A stretch of 63,430 bases of DNA, the filler included, from Kipferlia bialata (lineage: Eukaryota): assembly GCA_003568945.1 (NCBI GenBank). It is 8 parts of 6 records of this genome, joined end to end, with 100 filler letters (N's around TTAATTAATTAA, not from the genome) between each part and the next. Parts side by side here need not be neighbours in the genome. Positions count along the whole stretch, not along the records: positions 33,431 to 41,750 come from BDIP01000542.1; positions 41,851 to 49,597 come from BDIP01000542.1; positions 49,698 to 54,739 come from BDIP01000543.1; 5 more parts are not named here. One strand, written 5' to 3'. The notes under the pieces were generated by a model. The model was not told the DNA's origin. It saw only the letters and a list, made by a program, of their open reading frames with translations, and did not search any database. The stretch's first letter is position 1, and each line of letters opens with the position of its first letter. Positions 38,378-51,496 of this stretch are shown here, in pieces. The translations under genes and the position numbers were made by a program.

Positions 38378-38501
38378 TGTTATTATTCGTATCGCAAGTG
38401 TCTGTCTCTCACTGTTTTGAGGGACCCAAACATAGATTTATTGTCATCCTGTCTGGTGTAATTGTCGATTCTATTCTACAGCGTCATGGCATGGTGTGCC
38501 C

Positions 38502-41305
38502 CTAGTACATCTGGTCCTGCTGTCCCAGCAGGTGCTCGGCTGAGGCAGTGACTGCCTCATTGATCAGGGGGGCATAGAACCTGAGGTCAGACAGCCTCCA
38601 TACTCTCACTTCTATCTAATCTACTAAGCCTAGTAATCATATATAACTACATCAACCCCCACCTGTAGTTGTATATGAAGTCCTGTGTGGCCCCTGCCAG
38701 CATCTGCTGTGTCTCCTGCACCCTCTGTCTGGCCTGCTCTAGGGGGGCACTCACTCCCTCCTGGGGGTCACTGGTGCCTATCTTCCTGGTCAGAGAGTCC
38801 ATGCGCTGTCTGGCAACCTGGGGTCAGAGGGGGGTCACCAGTAGAAGAGAGGATACCGTACCATCTTGCTGGCGAGGTATGTCCCCCTAGTCTTGAGCAG
38901 GCCTAGCAGCTGGGCCAGGATGTCTGTGGTGTCGCACAGGTCCTGCAGCAGATACAGACCCACGGCACGGCACTTGCCACCCCTGGGGGTCAGACACTGT
39001 CTTGTACATGCACGGGTATTAGCGGTACTAGGGCTCTAGTAACACTGGCCACACCCCCCATACCTGACATTAGCGTCTATGCCTGCGTTGGCGCCTGTGT
39101 TGGATAGGGCCAGGGTGGTGTCTGCATCCAGAAGGGGCATGTCCCTCAGGAAGGACAGGGCCTGGGGGTGAGGGGTGATAGTACGTGTGGATATAGCAAA
39201 GAGTTGACAATGACAACCCACCCTCTCTGAGTGTGTGTCTGTGCACCCATCGGGGGTGTCTATGGAGGACACCTCCCTCACACAGGCACTGCAGGCCCTG
39301 GCCAAAGCAACCTGGGGGTGAGACACATGTCACATGCACGGTATAGAGTGTGCCCACTAACCGCGCATCTCTACACACCTGTGCCCTTGAGAATGCCTCG
39401 GCTGCCTTGACCGACCTCTGCATCTCGGTCTGCGCATTGGACACAGCCCCTAGCACCGAGGCCAGGTACGACTTGAAGATGGTCTGTGTCCTGGTGGGAG
39501 ACAAGTCAAACAAATACCAAGGCAGAAGAGTGATGAATGACCATACCTGTCTGCGGATATGCCCTGTGACAACACCCTGGTCACTGGTACGTCCTGCAGA
39601 GAGGGGGTCCCGTCAGCCTCCAGCTGGGTGCCATCCCCAAGGTGCTCTGGGGAGAGAGGGAGAGGATGGTGATACATCAAGTGTTGAACTGCACTACAGT
39701 ACCTACTGGGCCGTACCTATTGTAGCAGCGAGGGGGACTGGGGGTGTGGGGTGGTGGGTTTCCTCCTCAATCCCTACCCCTAGGGTGGGTACGTCCTCCA
39801 CCCCCTCTGCCTCCACCTCCTGTGCCGGGTGTCGCCTGGTCACCATCCCCTTCAGCCTGTGCCCCACCCCCCCTGCCATTCTGCCCACCCTAGATATAGA
39901 TATGGACACCCCCTTCCTGGCTAGGGTGCCCACCTCCAGGGACGTCACAACTGGGGGGAGGGAGGGGAGGTGGACTTATGGAGGTGGCCTCATTGATGGG
40001 ATGTGTATTGGATGCCCGTACCTATACCGCTGCCAGCTCTCCTCAGCACCCCCGGTCTAAGGAAGGATCTATCACGCAGCATCTCTAGCCCAACGGGCTC
40101 TGGGGTGAGGGGGGTCCATACAATGTAGAGAGAATGAGAGGTGAAGAGAATATGAAAGGAGTTCACTGACCAACAATAGGGACCGCTCTGTATTTGAAGA
40201 GGACAATTATGCGATGACAAGTATACAATGACAGAGAGGAGACGCTAATTATCCTGATCAAGTGTCTGCCTGATGATACCCACCTGGCAGACAGCACAGA
40301 CCCTTGAGGGCAGGGGAGGTGCTGGGGGTCAGGGGGAGAAGAAGACCGATATACCGTATATACATACAGAAGAGAACACAGACATGTACTACCACCCCGT
40401 ACCGCAATGCCTCGTGGGTGGATATCTGGTTGAGGAATCTGTCCACCACTTCGACATAGCGCTCTGCGGCATGCTTGCCTGACAGTCAGACAAACAGTCA
40501 CAGGGAGAGGGGGGGAGAGCGGGTGTGAGTCAAGCCTGCACCTGTGTCCTGGAAGAACTCCCCTTGGGGAGAGAGAGAGAGAGAGAGAGAGAGAGGTACA
40601 GCAGTGTCACCTGTGTCCTGGAAGAACTCCCTGGGTGGCAGGGCAGGCACCACGTGGCAGTGGGAGTGGGTGTGAATGAGGTGGTGTCTGAGGGCCAGCA
40701 GGATGGAGTAGTCCCGGCAGATGGTCACACGTTCCTCCTCCTCCCCGTCCTCCCCCTTAGTCACAGCACCCCACACAAAGGTAACCCGGACGGGGCCTGA
40801 GAGAGTCAATATCAGTGAGGAAGAACCTGAGTGATGAACCTATACAGTGACGCATCAGCGACTTACCTGTCCTCTCACTGGTGTGCTTAATGGACTGCAC
40901 TGCCAGAGGGATAGGGCCCTCGACCCAGGTATCGTACTCACTGCTACTGGGGTGAGACAGGCAGTAGGGCACGACATGATATGACATGATACGACCCATG
41001 TACACTGTGACCCCCTGAGCTAACCCTCACCTAATGTGTGACATGGTGGACCCAACCAGGGCAATGGGCTCTGGGTACAGGGGGTCTGCCTCCGCAGGCA
41101 CTGTCATGGGGGTGGGGGTGGGGGGGGCGTCCAGGGGGTGGGCCTCTGTCTCATCCAGGTCGGTGTGGATGGCCAAGGGATGCTGGGCCACACCGGCATC
41201 CGGCTCAGCTGGGGCCTCCGTCTCAAAGATGGCACCTCCCGTCTCTTCCTCCTCAGGCGCACTGACCTGTATGGGGCTCAGGGGGTCAGACTGGGATTGC
41301 TCCAT
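38502..41305 (-). CDS. Sorting nexin-like protein (PX domain + BAR-like coiled coil), multi-exon
   Basis: RDYSILLALRHHLIHTH..VVPALPPREFF...ERYVEVVDRFLNQISTHEALRTSPALKGL (PX pattern) followed by helical exons to TAG 38502. Confidence 0.75.
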
Positions 41306-41472
41306 TGTCTTTTGTAGAGACGTCACTCGGTTCGAAGGTCAACTTGGGATCATGAGATTCATGATGAATCATTCATCGGATTTTGTCAGGGGTCAGTCGG
41401 ACCTTCAAATTGAAGTGAGTCCTTATCTATCACTGACCCACTGACCCGTGCCTGTCTGCGTCTGTGCCCTCC

Positions 41473-41600
41473 ATGTCTGCCCTGGGACATGACTGGTGCT
41501 GGGATGTGGTGCAGCGGGCCGTGCCGCTCTTTGAGGAGCTGGGTGCAAGTGCCGAGTTGCTGGACTCCCTAGACCTCAGACCCTCCATGACATTCTATAG
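41473..41600 (+). CDS. First exon of a hypothetical gene, head-to-head with the sorting nexin
   Basis: ATG 41473, open frame, GTACAG donor at 41601. Confidence 0.5.
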
Positions 41601-41701
41601 GTACAGGGATGCACCCATGCTAATCATTATACAATCTAGTGCAACACAATACCACTGCTGCAGTTAAGTGGAATGTGTTCTCTCTCTCTCTCTATTTGTA
41701 G

Positions 41702-41747
<46 letters not shown>

Positions 41748-41750
41748 ACC

Positions 41751-41850
41751 NNNNNNNNNNNNNNNNNNNNNNNNNNNNNNNNNNNNNNNNNNNNTTAATT
41801 AATTAANNNNNNNNNNNNNNNNNNNNNNNNNNNNNNNNNNNNNNNNNNNN
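41751..41850. other. Artificial contig linker
   Basis: N44-TTAATTAATTAA-N44. Confidence 0.97.
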
Positions 41851-41893
41851 TATTTGTTTTTTTTTTTTCCCCCCCCCCCCCCCCCCACCCTAG

Positions 41894-44642
41894 CTCCTGC
41901 TGCGGCATGACGCCATGTCCCCCCCTGCCATCCATGCCATGAGACAGTCAGTGCCCACGGTGTTCACTCTCAGAGAGGTATGGGTGGGTGTATATATATG
42001 TGTATGTGTGTATATGTGTGTATGTGTATGTGTGTATATGTGTGTATGTGTATGTGTGTATATGGGTATATGTGTATGTGTGTATGGGTATATGTGTATG
42101 TGTGTGTATGTGAAACACAGACTACAAGGTAGGGTTAGCTGAAATGGTTATTTGAGCACAGGGATGCATTAGTAGTTCTTCATATAGTTAGTGTAGAGCC
42201 GCCTCACACTCACTCCCTCCAACCCCAGCTGGACCTGAGTATGTCCTCCCCCTATGCCCAAGCATCACACCGGGAACTCTGTGGCATGTTACCCAACATG
42301 CCTCTGCTGCAGAAGGTAGCTATAGAATCACATAGACACGTATCTATTGTACACCTGTTTCAATGTGGCACATGCATAGAGTATCAGTATCAGTATCAGT
42401 CAATACATCGATACTGATACTGATACTCCCCCATATACCTGTCCCTCCCCCACCCTCAGCTCTGTCTCTATGGGCTAGACCTCACTAGGAAGGATGACAT
42501 ATGGTCAGTGTGCATGGCTTTGTCTGCCCTACACGGGTTGACAGAGGTGGGGGGGTCTACTCTGCATAGATGTTGACATTCATATGTACCTACCGTATCT
42601 ACGTATACAGGTGTTGACTATCTCTGGATGACGCCAGATTTCCCTGTGGTGCTGTAAAGGAGGAGACACATGGGTGGGACCCATCCTACAGATACTCGGG
42701 GCACATAGACACTTGAAGAAGGTATATACGAATACATATGTATACATTTCTACATATACATATATACATATACATATTTACACACATCTACACATGTATA
42801 CCCATATTCTCATATGCACGTATGCATAGACACCTCAAGTAGGTGTGCGTGTGTAGTGCAACAGTCACAGTTTGTAGGTCTGGGATACTCTGCATATATG
42901 CCATTCGCTACTCCTCTCACCTTCTACCCCCCTAGGTCAGCCTGTGTCATTCCGGTATCACTGGGAAGGGCATATCCTCCATTCTCCCATCCTTGAGGAG
43001 CATCACGTTCTTGCATGAGGTACGGAGTGCTCCTGACATTGTGGATTGACACCTGACACTGTGAATACTTTGGTTATCCCACTCACCCATTAGCTGTCGC
43101 TGGACGGTAATCCCCTTGGGGACCCAGGTATACTGGCCCTTCTGCCCCACCTGCGACAGATGCTACTACTCATGAGGGTAAGGGGTAGTATGGGATGGTA
43201 TCTTAGTGTCATAGTGTAGCTTCATAGGCTGCTACTCTTGAGGTATAGGATACCACGTGCATGTCACACGCTGTCTCCAACAGTCTTCCCTGACCCCCAG
43301 CTCTCTCTAAACCGGTGCTCCATACCGTCTGTCAGTCTAGGTGCCAACAAGCTGGGTTGGGCACTGCTGAAACTGCCAGAGCTGGTGAAGGTATGGCAGA
43401 AGGATGATATATGTGTATATATATGTAGATATACATATATACATATATATATGTATGTGTACTGCCGGAGCTGGTGGAGGTATGAGAAGCGGATGATGAC
43501 CCCTCGAGTCAAATCTCATTTTCACTAGTGGGTGTCAGTAGCCATGTATGGATGCAAATGGTCTGTAGTTAAAGGCTAGTGTATCTTCCTACAAGTGCAC
43601 CCATTACCCACCCCAGCTGGCCCTGTCCGGCAATGACATGCGTCCTGCCCTTATTAAGGAGATGCAGAGGTATGCCGCAACTGGACCGAAGAGGCGCCAG
43701 ATGGCTATTGTGAGGGGGCCAGGACTGAAGGAGAGGATGACGAAGCTACTCACTCCCATGGTGAAGGAGCTAGAGTATGAGATGATAGCTGTCGAGAAGA
43801 AGACAGAGAGTGACAAGAGAACCAAGAAGAACAGGGCGCAGCGCAAGAGAAGGAGGGAGAAGGCGAAGCTGCTGAAGGCAAAGGAGGGTGGTGAACAGAA
43901 GTCAGCTGTAGAAGTGGAAGTAGGAAACACGAAGACGGAAACAGAGAAACAGGCGGAGGGAGAGGCCCCTGGTGGTGATGATGATACCAAGGAGGAGCGG
44001 TGGAGGCCAGCCCGACCCCTCCGTGTGCCTGTGCCTGACCTCACGGCCATCCTGCACCCCACCCCCCCTGCCTCCCTGCCCATACCCCATGCCGCACTGG
44101 CCCATGCCGCACTGGCCCAGGCACAGTCTGTAGACACTGCCACCCTAGCACCCCCATCACCCCCTATTCCTTCTGTGAGAAGGGGCGTCTACCACAGGAG
44201 GGGTGTGAGGGGTGTGTGGCCTAGGTTCTCATTCCCCAAGCCCGACCCTCATAAGAGTGCTGCTAGTACTGACAGTGATCGTAGACTCCGGTACAGTGCT
44301 GGGCAGTGGCACCACCCCACCCCCCTTCTCCTGTGTAAGGCGAGGGTTGCTGTTACCCGGGCCAGTGTCAGTGCCCTGGCCCTAGTAGGAGGGGGAGAGC
44401 TGAACAAGGCCCGGCGAGAGAGGGACGACGAGGTTGAGAGGGTGGCAGGGGTGGAGGAGATGAAGAGACTCGCCAAGGTCAAGGCCAAGCACCGCAGCTT
44501 CAACATGCAGCCCAGGTCTAGGAAGGGCGGAGAGGTAAAGGCACAGCCCTTCCCATACGACTCAGATGGCAACCCACACGGCACAGACAGGCTGATCCAC
44601 AGGGCACCCGGGAGAGGAGGCACAAGTCTGGGACAGCAGTAG
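41894..44642 (+). CDS. RI-like leucine-rich-repeat protein with a basic, low-complexity C-terminal exon (5' partial)
   Basis: Exons LDLSMSS.., LCLYGLDL.., ISLWCCK.., VSLCHSGITGKG.., LSLDGNPLGDPGILAL.., LSLNRCSI.., LALSGNDM.. Confidence 0.85.
42379..42428. repeat. Perfect 19-bp inverted repeat in an intron
   Basis: GAGTATCAGTATCAGTATC - 12 nt - GATACTGATACTGATACTC. Confidence 0.9.
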
Positions 44643-45016
44643 GAAGGAGTGGTGGGATGTGCAGGTGCCCTTTGCCTGCTATTGTTTCCATAATTATCAC
44701 AATATTTCAATAGATCATTTCGTTCTTTAAACACTGTACTGTGCTTATGGGTATTAGGATGCAGTCAACATATCATACCCAAGTCCTCCACGTCTGTCAC
44801 TATATACACTTGTACACAACTCTCAACCTAGGGCAAAGCAAGTCCTACTATATATGTCATATATACTACATTATATTACAATATATATATATAGGCGAGA
44901 ATCAGGCATTATTGTGGCTGGGACTGTATGATGTAAAATACTGTATTTATGAACACACACTGCCCCCAACTAGAGTCCAATGACACTGTAATTGTGACAC
45001 TGTAATTGTGACACTG

Positions 45017-48000
45017 TCACATAGCCACACAGGACTCCTCGTACTCCTCTCTCTCTCCTTCTCCTGTCACACGATATGACCCCGAGTCCCTATCCCCCCG
45101 TCTACTCCTGCGTCTTTCCTTCGGCGACGCCTGCCCCCGTCTAGGTGTCCCTCTCCTCGACCTAGGGCCAGACCTGTTCACATACAGACTACCCGAACTG
45201 CCCGTTGGAGTGCCTGACACTGAGGAGCTGGCAGAGTGTGACGCACTCGTTGTCGGACTCCTTACCCACACGTGCAGCCCGCCGCCCCCTGATGTGTGGC
45301 TGTCTGCCCCCTGTGCTAGTGGGGTGTGGGGCTTGTGCCTCGCCCCAATGCGCTGTGGAGTTCTATGAGGGCTGGACTCATTGGACAGGGAGTCCGTGAC
45401 CGACATGAGCCGCGAATGGGACAGGTGTCTTGACTACAAAGGTCAGACCGACAAGGTGCAGGTCCAGTTCCCCTCTTGTGTCAATGTCGCAGTCGATAAG
45501 ACTGACCACACGGAGCACAGGCAGATCACGAACCGAGTTGACAAGATCAACGGCCCCCTCATAGGTTATGGGGTTGCCATCGAGGCAGAGAGAGGTGAGT
45601 CTTGGGCACGCAGAGAGAGCGCTTGCCACCGCCTCCACGCCAATATCCGAAATGCCATTGTTGTCCAGCGTCAGCACCGTGAGGTTGCCCAGAGTCACCA
45701 GCACAGGGGCCAGAGACACCGCCCCAAAGTCACCTATAGCATTACCGCTGAGGGAGAGAGTCTGCAGGTTGGGGAAGCCTAGGCCACTTGTCATCAGGGT
45801 ACTAAGAGAGGCGGCACCCTCTGCGCCGAGGCCTATGCCGTCCAGGTGGAGGCTGCACACAGTAAACGAGTGTGCTGCTATGCACCCCTTGCCCCACTCC
45901 GTGCTGAACTGACTGGAGTCCAGGACCAGCTTTCTCAGGTGGAGCCTGGACACGGCCTCCACAAGGACACTGGCGTCGTCAGTAGCAAAGGAAGTACGCA
46001 GTAAGTCTAGTCGGACCAGGCTCTCTTGCATCAGAGGCAGAGAGAGTGCCTGGGCGAAGAGAGGTGTGTCTGTCATTCCCAGGGTCTGATCCCTGAATAC
46101 AAAGTTCTCACTCCTGCTTCTACTGCTAGCTATTCGTAGGAAGTCAAGTACTTTCAGGCCCCAGCTGCTCCTGTCCAGAGTGTCACACAGACGGGTCTCT
46201 TCGATCACTGCGTCTAGCGCAGCTCTGTCCTTCTGCCTCATGACGACACCAGCGGAGTATGCCCTCTCCCCCAGCTCAAGTGACGCCCAGTCCAGCAGGC
46301 CTAGACTCTCCCTCTTCAGAAGCATCTGCACAAGGCCGACCAGTCTCTCCATCTCCTCAGTGGAGAGCCTTTGGGACTCACGTGCCAGATAGAGCATGTC
46401 GTTGACAGTGAGCATCCCCTCAGTGGCAAAGAGAGTGCGAACAGTAGCCCCAGAGGGCAGAGGGTCAGTGAACCGAAACAGTTCGTCCACAGCAATGGCC
46501 TCCCTTGCAATGTAGTCTGCCATGGGGTGGCCGAGGTCGGAGGATCCGACATAGAGACTGACCAGATATGGCCTCATATGGGCACACACGGCAGTAAGGA
46601 CCACATGGTGGTATGTTGGATCACTACCCTGTGGCCAGTAGCTGCTAATGACCCTACACAGTCCCTCTGCGTCGGATGCGGCACTCAGGGGTTCACCTGT
46701 GACGGCCAGTACAACCCGTCTCTCTTCATGTAGGTGCGACAGCGTCTGTAGAGTCTCACTGACGGCACCTGAACCTGGCGCCCATGCATGTACATCCAGG
46801 TTAACGGTGGAGAGGTCGGGACAGTGCACAAGGAGAGCCTTCCCGTCCTGCTCATACAGCTGGGAGGTGGCGATGGATGTGAGTGTGGCCAGGTCACGAC
46901 TGCTGGCACACACCACCTCCACAGCAGCAGCCTCCAGATACACCACAGCAGGACAGTCCTTGAGGGCAGGTAGGTAGAGTGAGAGGGTGCATAGCTGTCT
47001 GTACACACGGCTCGTGAGATTAGGTCTTCCCCGCAGCACAGAAAGCAGGGTGCGCTTCAAGGACTCTGCCGAGATCTCGCCGTCTGCAGAAAGGACAGAA
47101 ACACGCAGCTGGAGATACAGGGTCTCACATAGCTCTGTCACTTCGCTGCGGGATGTCGAAGTGGCGAACTGGTTGATTGTACACAGAAGCCCTCCATACT
47201 GGTCAGTCAACTGGGTCAGAGCATCCTGGCCGGCTACTTGGCAGTCGCATAGGCCGTTGGAGTGCCCTGTCGACGTACCAGTGTAGTATGTCCCATGGAG
47301 GAGCAGCACGTGCCAGTATGCACAGTGTCCACTGTTGGGGTTGGCAAACCCAGTGTCCAGGTAGCTCTCCAGGATGTGGGCGAAGTGCGCTGAGCACTCA
47401 GTTGCCAGGTCACCAGAGTCACCCTCTACACTATCAAGATGTTTCGACAGCTCAAGCCGGGCAGATCCACTCCTTAGCCGGCCCAGCAGCTTGTCGGCCT
47501 TCACCACTGCAGCCCGTGCAGGGATGGTGGAATAGTCACTACGGGGACCAGGAACTGATATCTCGGGGGGTTCCTTGAAGTAGTCACTGACAAGCGGCAT
47601 ACGGTTGTGGCGGGATGCAAATTGACGAATGATACGTGGTACTGCACACATGTCGGAGACAATACTGGTGTAGGGCCCATACAGACACGACACGGCAGCC
47701 AGATACGCAGTCGTGTCGATCACACCCTTGTGGTGCCCTGACAGAGAGCCGAGGACACTCCTGTATGTCCCACACCTGGCCACCGACCTGTCTCTGTCGA
47801 CAGAGGTGAGGAGAGACCGCACATGTGGGGCCTGGGCCAGGATGACCTGGGACTGCTGTGGGGAGAGGCCGATGGGATCAATGGCCTCGGACAGAAGCAG
47901 GGTCCGGAGCTTGGAATGATCGTCCTTGGACCCAGGGAAGTACAGTAGGCTCTTCTGGCACTTCTGTATGGCACCAGCGTGAGAGAAGGAACGCAAGACC

Positions 48001-49031
48001 ACCCCTGGGGATATAGGGAGCTGGACATAGAACACAGGGACACACTTGTCTCCTCCTTTCCCTTCTGCCCTAGCGTGAGGCTCAAAGAGACTCAGTGCTT
48101 GGGAGAGAGTGGCGGTACATGCACTGACTATTGGCATATTGTCCGCAATCACAGAGCCATTATCAACACTGGCTGTTTCTGAGTGGGTACTCGACTCATA
48201 TAGCCGAAGTACGCGGCAGCGCCACGCGTCCTCGACCATGACTGGATCCAGGAGGGGGGTGGGGGTGGGGTACAGAAGTGGGGCCTTGCAAGTATCGTGC
48301 TGCTCACACAGGAGACCCAGGCGTCTCGCCACCCCAGCGTGCACCATATCAACTACCCTAGAGAGTGGTGTGTTTGGAGCAGAGATCGATAGGGCTATGG
48401 ATACTCCCACAATCACAGACCTCAGGAGAGGGATGCCCCCAACTCCTATTGTCGATCCCTGTGCCCAAATGAGGCGGAGCATAGGACTGTAGAGGGAGTA
48501 AGTGAGACGCAGAACCGACATAACACTCCCGTCATCGAGGAGACTTCCCATGTATGCGGGGTCAACACATAACGACCCGATAGTGAGGCCTAGTGGCGAC
48601 CCATGGGATATGTCCCCAAACGTCAGCCCCGCTATGTAGTCCTGGACTGGGTCGGGGCAGGGCATGGGTGGAGGAGGTGACTCGTTTACGGCTATGCAGG
48701 CAGGATACGCATCCACCAGTACATCAGCTGCAGAACAGGGTATCTGCGACTGAGCCACGAGGAGGCCCAGCTGGAAGGGGTGGGCCAGGTGCTGAAGGAG
48801 GTGGCGGGGCAGCTTGGTGGGTGTGGCAGACTGCCCAGCGAGAGAGGCCAGGTAGCCCCACTTGGTCTGTACACTACCTACATAGCCAGTCACACCCTGG
48901 GTGAGGGCCTCGGTAGCAGCTCGGAGGTCCTGCCGGGCTTCCTTCAGAGGCTCATACTCCCCCACATCTAGTGATACATCTGAGGACCAACTGGGGCTCC
49001 CACTTGGAGATAGGGACCCAGGGCTAGACAT
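45017..49031 (-). CDS. Large near-intronless protein with C-terminal RI-like LRRs; alternative C-terminus ending in CaaX (CVAM)
   Basis: About 1217-codon uninterrupted ORF from ATG 49031 to 45378; LQTLSLSGNAIGDFGAVSLA, LTVLTLDNNGISDIGVEAVA, LTSLCLDGNPITYEGA; overlapping frame 45017-45433 ends CVAM*. Confidence 0.85.
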
Positions 49032-49597
49032 AGGCACTGTCGCGGGTCACAGTCTAGGAGTCAGGATACAGTGAACATGACCGTAGGTACTCACATGAAA
49101 CAGACAACAGCATAAGGGGGTGAATATTCCATGCATGAGTGAATACAACAGTTAGGATTTCAACACTACGAGAAAATAGATAGGAACCACACCCACTGGG
49201 ATACATTCACTGATAGCACTACCAAACCTAGTTATCACCTGCCTACACTCAGACAATTTGACCCAGGAACACACGGTTACTCTAAGGTGGTTAGATATGT
49301 GTAATGCAGTACAGAGGAATGAGTGAGTTTAGAAAGAGAGAGACCCAATACAACTTGTATTGGTAATTCGAATGATGGATCCTCATGGACCCCCCAGAAC
49401 AGTCGTGAAAGTGGGCTGGTATCAGAGAGCGACACACTACAAACACACTAGGTACATCAAAAATACAAAGGGGAGGGAGGTGGTTACAGACGGAAAGAAA
49501 GAAACACTTGACTGGAGGATATTATATGTATATCTGGTACAGGGATAAAGCGTGTAGGGGGGGGGGGGGGGGGGGGGGGGGAGTTTTTAGGCGGGTT

Positions 49598-49697
49598 NNN
49601 NNNNNNNNNNNNNNNNNNNNNNNNNNNNNNNNNNNNNNNNNTTAATTAATTAANNNNNNNNNNNNNNNNNNNNNNNNNNNNNNNNNNNNNNNNNNNN
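49598..49697. other. Artificial contig linker
   Basis: N44-TTAATTAATTAA-N44. Confidence 0.97.
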
Positions 49698-49760
49698 CTT
49701 TATATTTAAACAATTGGTAACCCCCCCCCCCCCCTCTCTCTCTCCTTCCTTACCCCCTAG

Positions 49761-51150
49761 GAATGGCACCAGTGATCTGCTGGAGGAGGACCTCCTCTAT
49801 GAGCTGAGCGTCTATGAGGTACCGCATCCACTAACCTCTCTCTCTCTCTCTCTCTCTCGGTCTCTAGCTTCCCTCCCCATTCATAGCCAACTCCACTAAT
49901 ACAAATACTCATATTCGTCTTCCTCTCTCCCTCTCACCCTCAGAAGGACAAGTACCGCTATGTGCGTGTGCTGGGTGTTGCCCTGCTGGGTGGAGAGGAG
50001 CATGCAGAGAAGGTCCTGGCAGCCAACATCCCAGGGGGTGAGTGGGTGTGTATATGTACTTCAGTGATATGTGACTGTTTCTCCTTCCCACCCTCAGACC
50101 CCGTTGCGTCATGTGCCCGTATGCTGCAGACCATCATCGTTAACGACATGGTCAACTTTGGCATTGTGAGGTACTGAGAGTTGTAGACAAAGATACCCAG
50201 GTAATGTATGACCAAACCTTCCCCCTCTTACCCCCAGAGAGTGTCTGCAGTCCAACAAGGGCCTGTACCTCTACCTCCTTCTAGCCCAGCTGTGCCCCCT
50301 GGGCATGGCTCTGTGCCCAGCCCTCTGCCTCCTGGCAATGCCATTCCTGCCAGGTATACCATCTATACCATCTCATATAGGGAGGAAATAATGTGTGGTG
50401 GGTTCTTATATGTATATAGTTGTCCCCCCCCCCCCCCCCCTGACCCCCAGGGTGTGACGAGCAGGTTGGCATGGGCATCTGCCGCACCCTGCTGCAGTTT
50501 GCCATGTCCCAGACCCCTAGTCCCCCTAGCCCCCAGGGAGAGGAGGCACCAGCACAGACATCGGCCTCTACCCTGTTCTCCAGCGTGATCTGCTACTGCC
50601 TCTATGCTGGGCAGAGGCTCAACCAGCCTGGCCTGTGCCTCAGCCTCGTGTCATGCACAGGTAGGGAGTGACTCTAGCCTTGTCTCCTCTCTCCTCCCCC
50701 CCCCCCCCCTCTCTCTCTCCTTTCTCACCCTAGGCACCGGTCTCTTCCTTGCCCAGGCTGCCATCACCAGCAGCAGGGCCCCCTCCCCCTCCCAGACCAA
50801 CAGAGACATGGAGCAGGAGCAGTTTGGGAGTGTGTGTCTGGCCGTGGCCGAGGGTCTGGGCGCCACCTATGCCAACAATGAGGTGGCATCGGTGCATGTG
50901 CCTGTGTGTGTGTACGAGACCCTCTCCATCCTGCTGGGTGCCTGTGACCCTGTCTCTAGGATCAGGACATACAACGCACTCGTCACACTCTACAACCAGT
51001 ACGTGCACGTGTATATACTCAGTGTACTAGATGTGTATCCCTCTTTGTCCTGCCCCCCCCCCCCTCACCCCTAGGACTGAGGGCGCACTGGCTGGGCACC
51101 ACCACCTGGTGGCTCTGCTGCAGAAGCTCAGCATCCTCACTAGGCAGTGA
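49761..51150 (+). CDS. Hypothetical alpha-helical (ARM/HEAT-like) protein, 3' exons
   Basis: 7 phase-consistent GT-AG exons; LSILLGACDPVSRIRTYNALVTL; TGA 51150. Confidence 0.65.
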
Positions 51151-51496
51151 GGGTGGTAGTGTATGCTCTGACGTGTATACTATTCGTGGGAGACAGTAGT
51201 GGCTTCCTTGAAGTCTACTCTCTCTCTCTCTTGCCTCACGCACACGGATGTGTAAGACCTTAACGGCAATAGACAACGTGCAGTGAATAGTGGATATTGC
51301 CAGCATGTATATGTATATATTTATATACGCTTATGACATGGGTAATAATATCTATTAGGCCCAGTGATGTTGCTTCCTCCCGGAGACATATATGCTAGTG
51401 GTATTCAAATATGCGTCCTGGTATTGGACTGGCACGTGCTCAACTGAGAGCGAATGGGTGACAGCAACGACTGCCAAAACCCCTCTACTATTACGA

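Noticed and set aside
41473..41977. Joining the 41473 exon to the LRR gene
   Set aside because: Separated by an artificial linker and the phases do not match
44981..45020. TGACACTGTAATTG tandem repeat after a stop codon, similar to 22141-22165
   Set aside because: Too short and only two instances; cannot be distinguished from slippage
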